NCBI GenBank assembly: GCA_001661245.1
Contig: KV454013.1
Span: 1,210,502 to 1,274,501, forward strand
Source of the DNA: Pachysolen tannophilus NRRL Y-2460
Taxonomy: Eukaryota
DNA: 64,000 nucleotides
Direction: 5' to 3'
The notes beneath the pieces are model-generated. The model did no database searches, was not told the origin of the DNA, and worked only from the letters and a program-made list of their open reading frames with translations. Position numbers and translations under genes: made by a program. Shown piece after piece: positions 44,137 to 54,612 of the stretch (the stretch's first letter is position 1; the number at the start of each line of letters is the position of its first letter).

Positions 44137-44202
44137 GGTGTAGGATGTTATAAGTGGTGTAACTGGTGTAGGATGTTTAAATGGTGTGAGTGGTGTAGGG
44201 TT
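44137..44202 (+). repeat. Degenerate interstitial telomere-like array (about 9-bp period, GGTGT cores)
   Basis: agtggtgta actggtgta ggatgttta aatggtgtg agtggtgta; contains tggtgtgagtggtgt at 44182-96. Confidence 0.7.
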
Positions 44203-44326
44203 TTTATTATTTTTTATTTTTGGGTAGTGGCTAGGCTTCATTATAATAATAATGTTGTTGTTCAAAGTATATAATCATATATATAATATTGGATCTAATT
44301 AGTTTTATTATAGTGGGTTTGAGAAG

Positions 44327-45379
44327 ATGCTTGGTATTGTTGGTAAGGATGTTAGTGTTAAGAGTATGGCCACTTTTTGTGCTTGTGGTGGTCAATTAGC
44401 TACTGGTATGATTCAGAAGCGAAGCGCTGTTGTTATGAAAAATTTGGTTGGTGTTGGTAATAATAATGTTTCAAGTGGTTTTAAGAGAAGTCTTCAAACT
44501 GATTCTAAAGATGCATCAGCTGCAGCTATATTAGCAAGGTATAAGGAGAAATTAGCTAAAAAGGCAAAAGAAGTTGGAGCTAAGGATATTGATGATTTAA
44601 AAGAAAAATTGAAGGATGATATTGAAGAAACAAAGAAAAATTTAAATAAAATTGATCCATTAAAAGAATTACAAGAATATGAAAAAAAAATTTCAGCTCT
44701 GGAATTAGCAAAGCAAAAAAAAATCAAATTAAAGAAAAAATCATTAAATAATTCACAAATTAATTCACAACTGGAATCTTCGGGGAAATTTAAAACTTTA
44801 GATTCATTTGTTGATTTAAGTAAAATTTCTCTGTTACCAGCATTAGAATTAGAAATGATTTGGAGAGCTAGATTTCTGGGTAAAGATAATACTTTATCAG
44901 CAGTTATATCAAATGAAATTTTTAATAGGTTCTACTATAATGCAAAGAAAAATCCATGTTTTGTCTTACCATTGCCAAGGAAATCTCAACTTGAAGATCA
45001 TAAACAAGATGAAGGTATTGAAATTCATTATGTTCAATGGTCATTTGTTGGTGAAAATACAACTCATTGTATGATCACTTCATTAGTAGAATATAAATTA
45101 CATAAAGAATTTGCAAGACCCCACACAACCTTGATGTTTCATTCAGAATTACAAAAAGAAAAAGGTGTGGTCTTAATGAATGGTGTTGTTGATGAAGAAT
45201 CTCCAATAACTTTACAAGATGCTCAATTATTATTATTAAATTTACAAAAATTTTATGGTGCATTACAAGATAGTAACGCAACAAGTAGAAGATTGACCCT
45301 ATTAAACGATTTCAACTCAGGTAACCCAAACTTCTCCATAGAAGACTTGATAAAAGAAGCAGAATCATTGGATAATTAA
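44327..45379 (+). CDS. ATP11: Mitochondrial F1 ATPase chaperone Atp11
   Basis: FKTLDSFVD, FVLPLPR, HYVQWSF, EYKLHKEFARPH. Confidence 0.93.
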   Translation: MLGIVGKDVSVKSMATFCACGGQLATGMIQKRSAVVMKNLVGVGNNNVSSGFKRSLQTDSKDASAAAILARYKEKLAKKAKEVGAKDIDDLKEKLKDDIEETKKNLNKIDPLKELQEYEKKISALELAKQKKIKLKKKSLNNSQINSQLESSGKFKTLDSFVDLSKISLLPALELEMIWRARFLGKDNTLSAVISNEIFNRFYYNAKKNPCFVLPLPRKSQLEDHKQDEGIEIHYVQWSFVGENTTHCMITSLVEYKLHKEFARPHTTLMFHSELQKEKGVVLMNGVVDEESPITLQDAQLLLLNLQKFYGALQDSNATSRRLTLLNDFNSGNPNFSIEDLIKEAESLDN

Positions 45380-45558
45380 ATATATATATTCCTTTTTGTA
45401 TATAGTATAATATTTAGTATTAATTGATAATAAAAAAATAAATGAAAAAAATTGTATATATATGAAAAATGATTAAAAAAAAATTTAAATGAAAAATATT
45501 TTTATAGGGAACATACTAATAAAATACAATAATTTATATCTGTGATCTTTATTGTTGA

Positions 45559-46674
45559 ATGATGGTTAAGCCTATATTGAGAGTGGTTTATTTGGGGCCG
45601 GCTGGGACGTATACCTATGAGGCTGCTAGACAGCAATTTGATGTTATATCTGAGGAGGAGTATGAGGTAATATATACGGCCTCTCCTTCAATAGCGAGAT
45701 GTTTTGAGATTATCAATAATAAGGAGTGCGATTATGCTGTTATACCTTTTGAGAATTCGTCAAATGGTCAAGTTGTTTTTACGTATGATTTGTTTAGAGA
45801 TTGGTTTTGCAAACAGAGTAAGCATCAACAGCAGCTGCTCCAAAACCAGCAACAGCAGATCCAATTACCTAGTCCTGGGTTGACACAACCCTCATCGTCA
45901 TCATCTTTTTCATCATCTTCTTCTGCGTCCTTCAACTCTACAAGGTTACTGCAATCCAAGGGTGTTCCTTCTTTTGGGGTTGTTGGTGAACAATTTGTCT
46001 CAATTCATCATTATTTTTTAACTTATGCTAAACGTTTGTCGGATATCAAGACAATATATTCACACCCACAAGTTTGGACTCAGTGTAACAATTTTTTAGC
46101 AAACCCAAATTTCTCAAATAATTTAGAGAAAATAGATGTTTCATCAACATCGAGATCTGCTGAGATTGTGTCTAAATTATCTTTATCTGAAAGAAATTCT
46201 GTTGCTGCTATTGCAAGTTTTTCAGCTTCACAAATGTATAATATTCCTATATTATTTAAAAAAATTGAAGATAATAGTACGAATACAACGAGGTTTTTAA
46301 TATTGGGTTATAATGATATTCCACAAAGTAAAACTAATGTTAATGATCTTGGAAATTCTAAAAAATTATCCAATAAGAAAATCACTTTATTATCATTTAT
46401 ATTAAAGTCGTCATATAATGATCATGGATCCTTATGCAATACTTTGAATTGTTTTACTTCAAGAAATTTAAACCTTTTATCCATTACAACAAGACCATCA
46501 AACTTGACACCATGGCTATATATGTTTTTCATTGAAATTTTGACTTGTAATGATCTGGATTCTACAAGTTTAAATGATGCATTAGATGAAATTGATTCAT
46601 TTGTATTGGAGAAATCAATCATTGGTAAAGAATTTGAAAGAGATCTGGCATTCTACACAAGTGGAAACACTTGA
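45559..46674 (+). CDS. PHA2: Prephenate dehydratase
   Basis: YLGPAGTYT, PFENSSNGQV, IYSHPQVWTQC, NTTRFL, ACT domain; Q/S-rich insert. Confidence 0.93.
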   Translation: MMVKPILRVVYLGPAGTYTYEAARQQFDVISEEEYEVIYTASPSIARCFEIINNKECDYAVIPFENSSNGQVVFTYDLFRDWFCKQSKHQQQLLQNQQQQIQLPSPGLTQPSSSSSFSSSSSASFNSTRLLQSKGVPSFGVVGEQFVSIHHYFLTYAKRLSDIKTIYSHPQVWTQCNNFLANPNFSNNLEKIDVSSTSRSAEIVSKLSLSERNSVAAIASFSASQMYNIPILFKKIEDNSTNTTRFLILGYNDIPQSKTNVNDLGNSKKLSNKKITLLSFILKSSYNDHGSLCNTLNCFTSRNLNLLSITTRPSNLTPWLYMFFIEILTCNDLDSTSLNDALDEIDSFVLEKSIIGKEFERDLAFYTSGNT

Positions 46675-46757
46675 ATTTTAAATAAATTAAAGAAGCAAGC
46701 AACAATAAAAAGAAATTATATTATATTCCGCATGTTGTTTTTTTATATAATTTGAAA

Positions 46758-47375
46758 TCATTTCCCATACCTTTGTAAAACCCATTCTCTGTTGTCTAAA
46801 GGACAAACATTTCTTGTTTTTAACCATCTCGTAATACAATGCAAATGGAAAGCATGCTTTAATTTTAAACGTTAGTAAAATCTCTGTCTTTTCAATATCT
46901 ATATATTTTTGTAAATATACTTACGTTACATTGACCCCAAGCTGTAATACAATCACCATTAGTTTGTGACATACTATTAGGTTGACATTCAATACACTGT
47001 TCCATTAAATGATTCCTGCAAATGGCACAGTTCTCCACAACCATATCTAAACAATTACAAACTGTTAGTAAATATTTGTTTATCAATTAATTAAATATAA
47101 TCACTTACCCCAAGACCAAAATGCAACGGCCGTCCATTTTCTTATTTCAAACTTTTTTTTTCTAATTTCTTTTGATCCTTTTCTTGTAACTCTTCATCCA
47201 ACTCATTATGATGTTGTTCTTCAATCTCTTCCTCTACTTCTTCTTTTGGATTTTCAACCGCTATAATATAATATAATATCATCCAGTTAGTATTAATAAA
47301 TTAATCATCTTTTATTAAAAGTATTTGAGGAAATTTTATTAACTTACGATCTACCTCCATTTGATCAGAAGACAT
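46758..47375 (-). CDS. HRT1: RING-box protein Hrt1/Rbx1, 4 exons (47375-47348, 47260-47109, 47046-46925, 46856-46758), apparent 1-nt frameshift in an A9 run
   Basis: Three GTAAGT...TACTAAC introns (third ends AAG); spliced [28 protein letters not shown]...[28 protein letters not shown]. Confidence 0.92.
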
Positions 47376-47653
47376 TTTGCTCACTATTCCCTACTACTCA
47401 ACTATTCAACTATTCTATAATTCACCACAAAGAAAGCACTCTCTTCCTATATATCTATATATCTATAGATATAGATTTAAATGTATTGATTTTTTATAAT
47501 TGATTTATATCAATAGTGGTTATTTTATTATAGGTTGAAAACATTTATAAAAATAAAAAATTAAAAATATCAATTTATTTTTAAAAATGAAATAATAAAA
47601 TACAAATTAGAAATTAACGGGATAGAATAGTGTTTTAATATAGCATATTGGAG

Positions 47654-48460
47654 ATGGAGGAGGTATCACTGTTGTATCCACTGCCACCTCCTTATTATAA
47701 ATTATTTACTAGAGAGAATTTGGACAAGTTAAATGTCATTAAAGCTAGTATAGAACTTGAGAATCCAAATAAATCAAAAGATGAATTAAAAAATTTATTG
47801 AATGATCATCCAGAAGTGAAATCGAGTAGCTTAAAGTTTTTAATTCCACCAAGTGTGCCTGATCGTGAGACGTATCATTCATTTGGTAATGTGTGGCATT
47901 TTCAAGATAAATTTATGAAATTAGAAGATGCTGGAATTCAACAATTATATCCACCACCACTGGTTGTTGATAATGGAGAACAAGATGATGATAATGAAGA
48001 GATTTTTACACAGGAAAGAATCAATGAGTTGAAGAAATTCACCAAATCGTTATTATTAAATTTTTTAGAATTGGTAGGTTTATTAAGAAAGAATCCAAAT
48101 TATGTAAATTTAAAAATTGAACAAATTAGGTTAATTTTAATTAATTTACATCATCTTTTAAATTCTTATAGATTACATCAATCAAGAGAGATTTTAATTT
48201 TTAAAATTGAAAATAAGATAAATGAAAATATGAAAGATATAGAATTGATTAATGGTACGGTATTAAAAATTGAACAAAATTTAAAAGAATTAATTGAAAA
48301 AAATGTTGATGATAAGATTAAAAGTTTACAAATAACCAAGACAAATATAATACAGAATATGGATATTTTACAAACTGAACAAGATTCTGGAAATAAAGAA
48401 CGTGAAGCTTTTGAAAGACTAGAGAAACTTAAGGATGACATACTATCTACTGTTGAATAA
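47654..48460 (+). CDS. MED7: Mediator subunit Med7
   Basis: LYPxPPPYYKLFT, SLLLNFLELVG, NLHHLLNSYRLHQSRE; ATG at 47654. Confidence 0.93.
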   Translation: MEEVSLLYPLPPPYYKLFTRENLDKLNVIKASIELENPNKSKDELKNLLNDHPEVKSSSLKFLIPPSVPDRETYHSFGNVWHFQDKFMKLEDAGIQQLYPPPLVVDNGEQDDDNEEIFTQERINELKKFTKSLLLNFLELVGLLRKNPNYVNLKIEQIRLILINLHHLLNSYRLHQSREILIFKIENKINENMKDIELINGTVLKIEQNLKELIEKNVDDKIKSLQITKTNIIQNMDILQTEQDSGNKEREAFERLEKLKDDILSTVE

Positions 48461-48602
48461 ACTATTGATATGTTTTATCAACATTTGTATATTAAATAAA
48501 AAAAAAAAGAAAAGAAAGCAAAACACCAAAATAAACACTCAAAATATTATAGACATGTGTATTAAGTAAGATAAATAAAAAAAAAATCATAGCATAAATT
48601 AA

Positions 48603-49739
48603 TCAATTTTTGACACAAATTGGATCTTCTCCACTAGCAACGTTACATTGATGCATCATTCTTTTCTCTTCTGGACCAAATTCACCTGTAACCGAATGCC
48701 AGAGACCTCTGTTAAAGAAGATAACCAAATCTCCTTCTTTCCAAGGATGACAATAGATATGCTGTGGAGAAATTGCAGGTCTCATTAATCTATGTACTTC
48801 TTTTCTAGCTTCTTCCAATTCTTTAATTTCACCAGTTTTATTATTAATCAATTGATATACACAGCATCCATGAACTTGTAAATGGTGTTCACCAGTAGTT
48901 GGATTTGTCCAAACTAATGGTAATTTTTTAATCTTTGACTCTTCCCACTCTGGTAATTCTTCAAAAGGATATTCTTTACCCTCAGAAACCATGGTAAGAC
49001 CATCAGATGTAGCTTTAGCTTTTGAAATATAAATATATGGATGTGGAGCATAAACAACTGTAGTATTCAAAGCCATTTCTTGATCTTCTGGAGATAATAA
49101 TTTAAAAGCAATGGCTCCACTGGCAAACAGAGTTGAACCTTTAACCAATTCCAATTCTTCATTAGTATCTTCATAAATAATTTTTTGCTTTTCAGTTTGA
49201 GGAGGAACAACACATCCTAATAATGTGGTAACTTGTGGTGGAGATAATCCATACAAAGCAGCATCAATGTGCCACCTAAAAAATCTAGTTTGACCCCTTT
49301 CCCTTTGTTCATCAGTTAAAACATCTTTATGAAATGTATAATGAGTTGGATGTTCCAATTCAACATCTTTAACTATTCCAGGTTGAAAACCAGCTGGAAA
49401 TTTAGAATTACCAACCATTATAACTTCTGGCGTATCTTGGAAACATTTACCATCTTTGGCCAAAACAGAATTCTTATGATGGAAAAGTTTTTCATCATGA
49501 CCATAATTACCAATACAACTAGGATCAAACCTTATAGTTAATTGATGTTGAGAACGAGGTGGTAATTCCTCCTGTTTTGGAATAACCAACACCAAATTTT
49601 TTTGTAATCCTTCTTTCAATTTCTTAAAATCTTCATCCGATAATAAAGACGGATCACTAACTCCCTCAGGTAAAGAAACAACAGCACCAAAAGGAGCATT
49701 CTCCAATGGAGTAATTTGTAAAGCAGTAGCAGCTGGCAT
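48603..49739 (-). CDS. TauD-family Fe(II)/alpha-KG dioxygenase, XanA (xanthine dioxygenase)-like
   Basis: RFFRWHIDAALY (HxD), FNRGLWHSVTG (distal His), RMMHQCN; ATG at 49739. Confidence 0.8.
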   Translation of the reverse strand: MPAATALQITPLENAPFGAVVSLPEGVSDPSLLSDEDFKKLKEGLQKNLVLVIPKQEELPPRSQHQLTIRFDPSCIGNYGHDEKLFHHKNSVLAKDGKCFQDTPEVIMVGNSKFPAGFQPGIVKDVELEHPTHYTFHKDVLTDEQRERGQTRFFRWHIDAALYGLSPPQVTTLLGCVVPPQTEKQKIIYEDTNEELELVKGSTLFASGAIAFKLLSPEDQEMALNTTVVYAPHPYIYISKAKATSDGLTMVSEGKEYPFEELPEWEESKIKKLPLVWTNPTTGEHHLQVHGCCVYQLINNKTGEIKELEEARKEVHRLMRPAISPQHIYCHPWKEGDLVIFFNRGLWHSVTGEFGPEEKRMMHQCNVASGEDPICVKN

Positions 49740-49780
49740 ATTCAATAATTAATACCAATAAAAAAATTAATGAAAAGAAA

Positions 49781-49815
<35 letters not shown>

Positions 49816-49990
49816 GATTTATATATCCTTCCGACAAAAAGCAATCGTTCTCTCAAAAAAAAAACAACTAACAATATCGGTCCACCTATAGATATATATA
49901 TATATATTTATAAATATATTTATATATATATATTTAAACGCTGTATTTTTGCGTTATCAGTATTATCATTTACCGGATTAGGAAACTGCT

Positions 49991-50025
49991 CCGCGGGCCG
50001 TCGGTCTGTAGCCGCGGAACCGCGG
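49991..50025. promoter_or_regulatory. Three CCGCGG Zn2Cys6-type sites upstream of the dioxygenase
   Basis: ccgcgg at 49991, 50012 and 50020. Confidence 0.55.
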
Positions 50026-50121
50026 AAAGAACCGCAGAGCAGAGAAGAGAAACACAGAGCAAAGAAGAGCAAAGAATAGCATAGCAGTCAATTGTTGGAT
50101 GAGATTTCAAGTGGATGATGA

Positions 50122-51453
50122 TTAACCGTCAACCAACCTCTTTATGAATCCACAAAAACTTTCGAAAATCTTATAATTGAATCCGTATTTCCAGAAAATG
50201 GTTATTGAGTTTTTCCGCATTTCAATTAGGAATATTGTAAAGTCTTGATCATTTGCCAATTGTAGTTTTGTTCTCTTTACCGCTCCGCGGTGTACATCTT
50301 TGTCATCATCATTATTATCATTATGATCATTATCATTGGGGTGTCTATTATTTACATGGGTTTCAAATTTTCTACGAAAAGTTCTTGACCATACATTTCC
50401 TGGGAATTGTATTTCAAGTTTTGAATCATCTATTCGGTAAAGTTCACCTTTATAATTCAACTTATTAAGACTTGTCTCTATCAATTGGTTTAAATCCCAA
50501 TAAGAATTCAATGGTATATTGAATTCGTTTATCTGATTAAATTTTTTCAAATTAGGTGAATTTTTGTATATAATTGAATTTCTTATTTTTAACCCATGGA
50601 AACACCAACCGATAATCCAACGTTGTGTAACTTTATTATTCTTAAACTTATTACTTGGTAATAACAGTTTAACAAAATAATTTGGGATATTATTTTGTTT
50701 TAAATATTTGACTAATAATTCCAAATTACTAAAATTTCCAACTAAAGAAGTATACCAAGTAATTTTATTTTTTAATTGCAAACTTTCATTAATCATTTTA
50801 ACTATAAAATGATATTCTCCACCAATTGTAACAAATTCATTTTGTGTAATAGGTGAATAATATTTTTTAATTTGAAATTTCAGTGTTTTCTTGGCTTCAA
50901 TTTCTTGTAATGATGAATAAAATGGTGGATTACAAATTGTAATTATATTATTATTAACATCATTAACATTTGTCATTAACCCATATTTTGATAAATTGAA
51001 AAAATCATCATTTGCTAAATTTAAATAAATTTTTATTCTATTATCAAGATTATTTAATTTAACATTTTCAATTGCTTCTTGAATTGAAGATTGATCTATA
51101 TCAGTACCAATAAATTTACAATTTTGGAAAAAACGACATCCAAGTAATGGATAAATTACAGAATGACCAGTACCAACATCTATAATATACAACTCATCAT
51201 TTTGTTTTGATTGCAATGGTAATTCTTTAATAAATTTTAAATATTCTAACCGATTAGGAATTCTTGGACATAATTTATTCTTGTTTAAATTTATTTTTAA
51301 ATTAAATTTATAATCCAATATAGCTTTAGTTAAATCTATTATAGCATCATTTGAATTCAAATCATACTTATTAGTATCCAGTATAAAATGTCTTGATAAT
51401 TCTGGGTACCTTAATGATAACTCTGTAAAATCAATATCATAATAACTACTCAT
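50122..51453 (-). CDS. METTL16/RlmF-family N6-adenosine methyltransferase (U6 snRNA)
   Basis: LCPRIPNRLEY, IDVGTGHSVIYPLLG, CNPPFY, GGEYHF, WYTSLVG. Confidence 0.88.
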   Translation of the reverse strand: MSSYYDIDFTELSLRYPELSRHFILDTNKYDLNSNDAIIDLTKAILDYKFNLKINLNKNKLCPRIPNRLEYLKFIKELPLQSKQNDELYIIDVGTGHSVIYPLLGCRFFQNCKFIGTDIDQSSIQEAIENVKLNNLDNRIKIYLNLANDDFFNLSKYGLMTNVNDVNNNIITICNPPFYSSLQEIEAKKTLKFQIKKYYSPITQNEFVTIGGEYHFIVKMINESLQLKNKITWYTSLVGNFSNLELLVKYLKQNNIPNYFVKLLLPSNKFKNNKVTQRWIIGWCFHGLKIRNSIIYKNSPNLKKFNQINEFNIPLNSYWDLNQLIETSLNKLNYKGELYRIDDSKLEIQFPGNVWSRTFRRKFETHVNNRHPNDNDHNDNNDDDKDVHRGAVKRTKLQLANDQDFTIFLIEMRKNSITIFWKYGFNYKIFESFCGFIKRLVDG

Positions 51454-51620
51454 TTAATATCTAATTATTATTATATATATCATCAATATATATTACTATG
51501 TATTTTTTCTAAAACGGTAGTAAAGTGAAAAATTATTATTAAAACAAACTGAATAGCAATTGAAAACACTTAATTATCTTTTATTTTTCTAAAAAGAAAA
51601 AGAAAGAAATAAAAAAAAAA

Positions 51621-52042
51621 ATGTCAGCTGTGTTAGATCAAATCTTACTAGATGATGTAAGTAGTAGATATAGTTTTCAAAATTTTCAATAACAATTGGT
51701 ACTAACAGTTGAAAGAGGTAGATTGCTAAATATTGTCCTCAACAATTTTTAAACTATCATAAATGTATGACAAGTCCTACACCAGAGTCTAATTTTTGTT
51801 TAAATGAACAACAAAGTTTATCAACATGTATTAAGACTGGAGTTCCAAGTTTCCAAAAAATTCAAGAAACTTGTGCTACACATATGAAAGATTTGGAGAA
51901 TTGTTATAGGACAAATCAGGGGAAAGATAAAAGTGTATGTCAAGAAAAATTGATCAACATGAGAAAATGTGCTTCAGGTGTTGTTAATGATGGTAATCAC
52001 AAATCAGGTTTAAATGATCTTGATTTAACTGTTAAAAAATAA
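51621..52042 (+). CDS. MIX14: Twin CX9C intermembrane-space protein Mix14, 2 exons (51621-51656, 51722-52042)
   Basis: Intron 51657-51721 (GTAAGT...TACTAAC...TAG) gives MSAVLDQILLDD|IAKYCPQQFLNYHKC; four CX9C motifs. Confidence 0.88.
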
Positions 52043-52170
52043 TATTTTTTTTTGTTTAATCAAATTAAATTTTTAAATGATATAAATTTATATACAGAAT
52101 TAATAAAAGTCTTGTCACTTTTTTTTTTTTACCATTTTTGCTTTTTCATAATCATAAATTAATTAATTAA

Positions 52171-52737
52171 TTAATCTTTCTTTAAATCTTTTTGATCTGA
52201 TGCTTCACCTTCAATATGTTTTAAATTTCCATCATTTTCAACATTTTTCCTATAACTTTCTGGAGCATCTTTAGCATAACCTCCAATAATATTCTTCAAC
52301 TTATCTGGTATCTCTTCAAAGACTAAATCTTCTGTAGATGAAGAAACATCTTCACCTTTTGCCTTTAATATCTCTTCAAGTGTTATTCTCTTATCTGAAA
52401 ATATTTTCAAATGGTCAGCAATTAAATGCCTGTTTTTACAACCGGGACAAGTTATTAAAATTGTACCAGAAGTATACGCCTGTTTCGATATAGCATGTGA
52501 TGACCTTGTTCCACATTTTTTACAAGTAAATGCCAACATAAGCTGTTGTTTTGTTTGATCTATTTGACCAATAGAAACCTTATTTGGTTGAGAATAAAAA
52601 CGACTATGAATCAAAATTGTTTTATTGCTATTGAAAAAAAAATTAAGTGATTTGTTCATAGTGAAAAAGGGACCATTTTTTATAAATATTTGTCTCCCAA
52701 TAGGAATCACTGATTTTGAACTAATTAACTTAAACAT
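52171..52737 (-). CDS. ZIM17: Mitochondrial DNL zinc-finger Hsp70 escort protein
   Basis: LMLAFTCKKC...CPGCKNRHLIADHLKIF. Confidence 0.93.
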   Translation of the reverse strand: MFKLISSKSVIPIGRQIFIKNGPFFTMNKSLNFFFNSNKTILIHSRFYSQPNKVSIGQIDQTKQQLMLAFTCKKCGTRSSHAISKQAYTSGTILITCPGCKNRHLIADHLKIFSDKRITLEEILKAKGEDVSSSTEDLVFEEIPDKLKNIIGGYAKDAPESYRKNVENDGNLKHIEGEASDQKDLKKD

Positions 52738-52914
52738 TCTTTCAATTTCCTTAAGCCCAAATTCTTTATCAAAACCTTTCTTTCTCTTTATAATACTTAA
52801 ACTTCTTCTAAATTTTAAAAAAGTTTTCCTTTTTAACAGTGTAGTATATTTTAATGAGAGAAATCACTACTTTTTCTTTGTCTTTTTTTGGTAATAATTT
52901 TACCATAATTCTTC

Positions 52915-53502
52915 CTAAGAAGATATCTTTTCCAAGTAACCTTGTTGAATAAGTCTTTGAACATCAGCTTGTCTTACAAAGAACTGGGAATCCTTGGTCA
53001 AGTTGTAAACTCCATACTCTGTTTGGATTTCACCTGCATCTTTTAAGACCCTAACATCTATGAAAATATCGCTTGGTGGTTCTAATGATCCAGAAAGATC
53101 AACATCAGTTAATGGACCTTTATAATCTGCTATAATCTCACTATATTTCCTAAAATATTCTTGTTCATGATGAGAAAGATTATCAAATAAATTTCTGGAA
53201 GGATCACAATCTTCCCATGCCAATTGATCTAATTTAGAAGCTCTTAATTTTTGATAAGCCAAGAGACATCTCTTATTTCTTCTCATACACAAATGAGTAA
53301 TAAATAATTGACAGTTTTTAACTCTATTCGACTCAATGTCAATATCATCCTGTTGCAGCGCCAATATCTCCGCCTCCTGCTGTAAATCAACAGTTTCTCT
53401 TATTATATCCTTAACATAATCATCTTTAAACAAAGGTAACGTATCAAGAGATTTCGTCCTCTTGGCTTCTTGTACCAACTTATTTGCTATATCTCCATAC
53501 AT
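52915..53502 (-). CDS. PSF1: GINS subunit Psf1
   Basis: MYGDIANKLV, MRRNKRCLLAY, FIDVRVLKDAGEIQTEYG. Confidence 0.96.
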   Translation of the reverse strand: MYGDIANKLVQEAKRTKSLDTLPLFKDDYVKDIIRETVDLQQEAEILALQQDDIDIESNRVKNCQLFITHLCMRRNKRCLLAYQKLRASKLDQLAWEDCDPSRNLFDNLSHHEQEYFRKYSEIIADYKGPLTDVDLSGSLEPPSDIFIDVRVLKDAGEIQTEYGVYNLTKDSQFFVRQADVQRLIQQGYLEKISS

Positions 53503-53658
53503 GATGTAAAACCCTCATACAAGATCTTCTAAATTATTACTTCTCCTCAGCTCACTAATCTTCTTCTCTATTCTTTTGTGTTATCGTTTCTGTTTTAATT
53601 TGCTTTGTTCTAGCTTTGTTTTAAATTAAAAATTAAAAAAAAAAAAAGAAGAAAGAAA

Positions 53659-53664
53659 ACGCGT
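53659..53664. promoter_or_regulatory. MCB element in the PSF1/WPL1 divergent promoter (duplicate at 54493-54498)
   Basis: aaaACGCGTttt. Confidence 0.65.
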
Positions 53665-53942
53665 TTTTTCTCACCTTTAAAAAAAATATAATTAAAAAAA
53701 GTAAGAAAAAAAAAAAGTGTGTTTTTAAAGATAAGATTTAATTTAAAACAAGAGCGCCGATAGAGGAGTGAGGTGGAAATGGACAGTGGTTGCTCTGATA
53801 AGATCAGGAAGTCTTGTATAACGTATTCCAAAAAACGATCGATCTAAATGTGGGAGATTGAGCCAAAATGGAAGGGATTCAATGTCAGTTTCAGCTAATG
53901 GTGATAATATTGATTTGAAAGTACTGTCTCTGTTGTTGAACA

Positions 53943-54477
53943 NNNNNNNNNNNNNNNNNNNNNNNNNNNNNNNNNNNNNNNNNNNNNNNNNNNNNNNNNN
54001 NNNNNNNNNNNNNNNNNNNNNNNNNNNNNNNNNNNNNNNNNNNNNNNNNNNNNNNNNNNNNNNNNNNNNNNNNNNNNNNNNNNNNNNNNNNNNNNNNNNN
54101 NNNNNNNNNNNNNNNNNNNNNNNNNNNNNNNNNNNNNNNNNNNNNNNNNNNNNNNNNNNNNNNNNNNNNNNNNNNNNNNNNNNNNNNNNNNNNNNNNNNN
54201 NNNNNNNNNNNNNNNNNNNNNNNNNNNNNNNNNNNNNNNNNNNNNNNNNNNNNNNNNNNNNNNNNNNNNNNNNNNNNNNNNNNNNNNNNNNNNNNNNNNN
54301 NNNNNNNNNNNNNNNNNNNNNNNNNNNNNNNNNNNNNNNNNNNNNNNNNNNNNNNNNNNNNNNNNNNNNNNNNNNNNNNNNNNNNNNNNNNNNNNNNNNN
54401 NNNNNNNNNNNNNNNNNNNNNNNNNNNNNNNNNNNNNNNNNNNNNNNNNNNNNNNNNNNNNNNNNNNNNNNNNNNNN
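53943..54477. other. Assembly gap with duplicated flank (about 53645-53942 repeated at 54478-54775)
   Basis: The two copies differ mainly in homopolymer lengths. Confidence 0.95.
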
Positions 54478-54612
54478 AAAAAGAGAAAGAAAACGCGTTT
54501 TTTCTCAACCTTTAAAAAAAATATAATTAAAAAAAGTAAGAAAAAAAAAAGTGTGTTTTTAAAGATAAGATTTAATTTAAAACAAGAGCGCCGATAGAGG
54601 AGTGAGGTGGAA

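Noticed and set aside
53778..53942. Frameshifted extra copy of the RAD61/WPL1 5' end (pseudogene)
   Set aside because: Duplicated contig end at a gap, differing mainly in homopolymer length.
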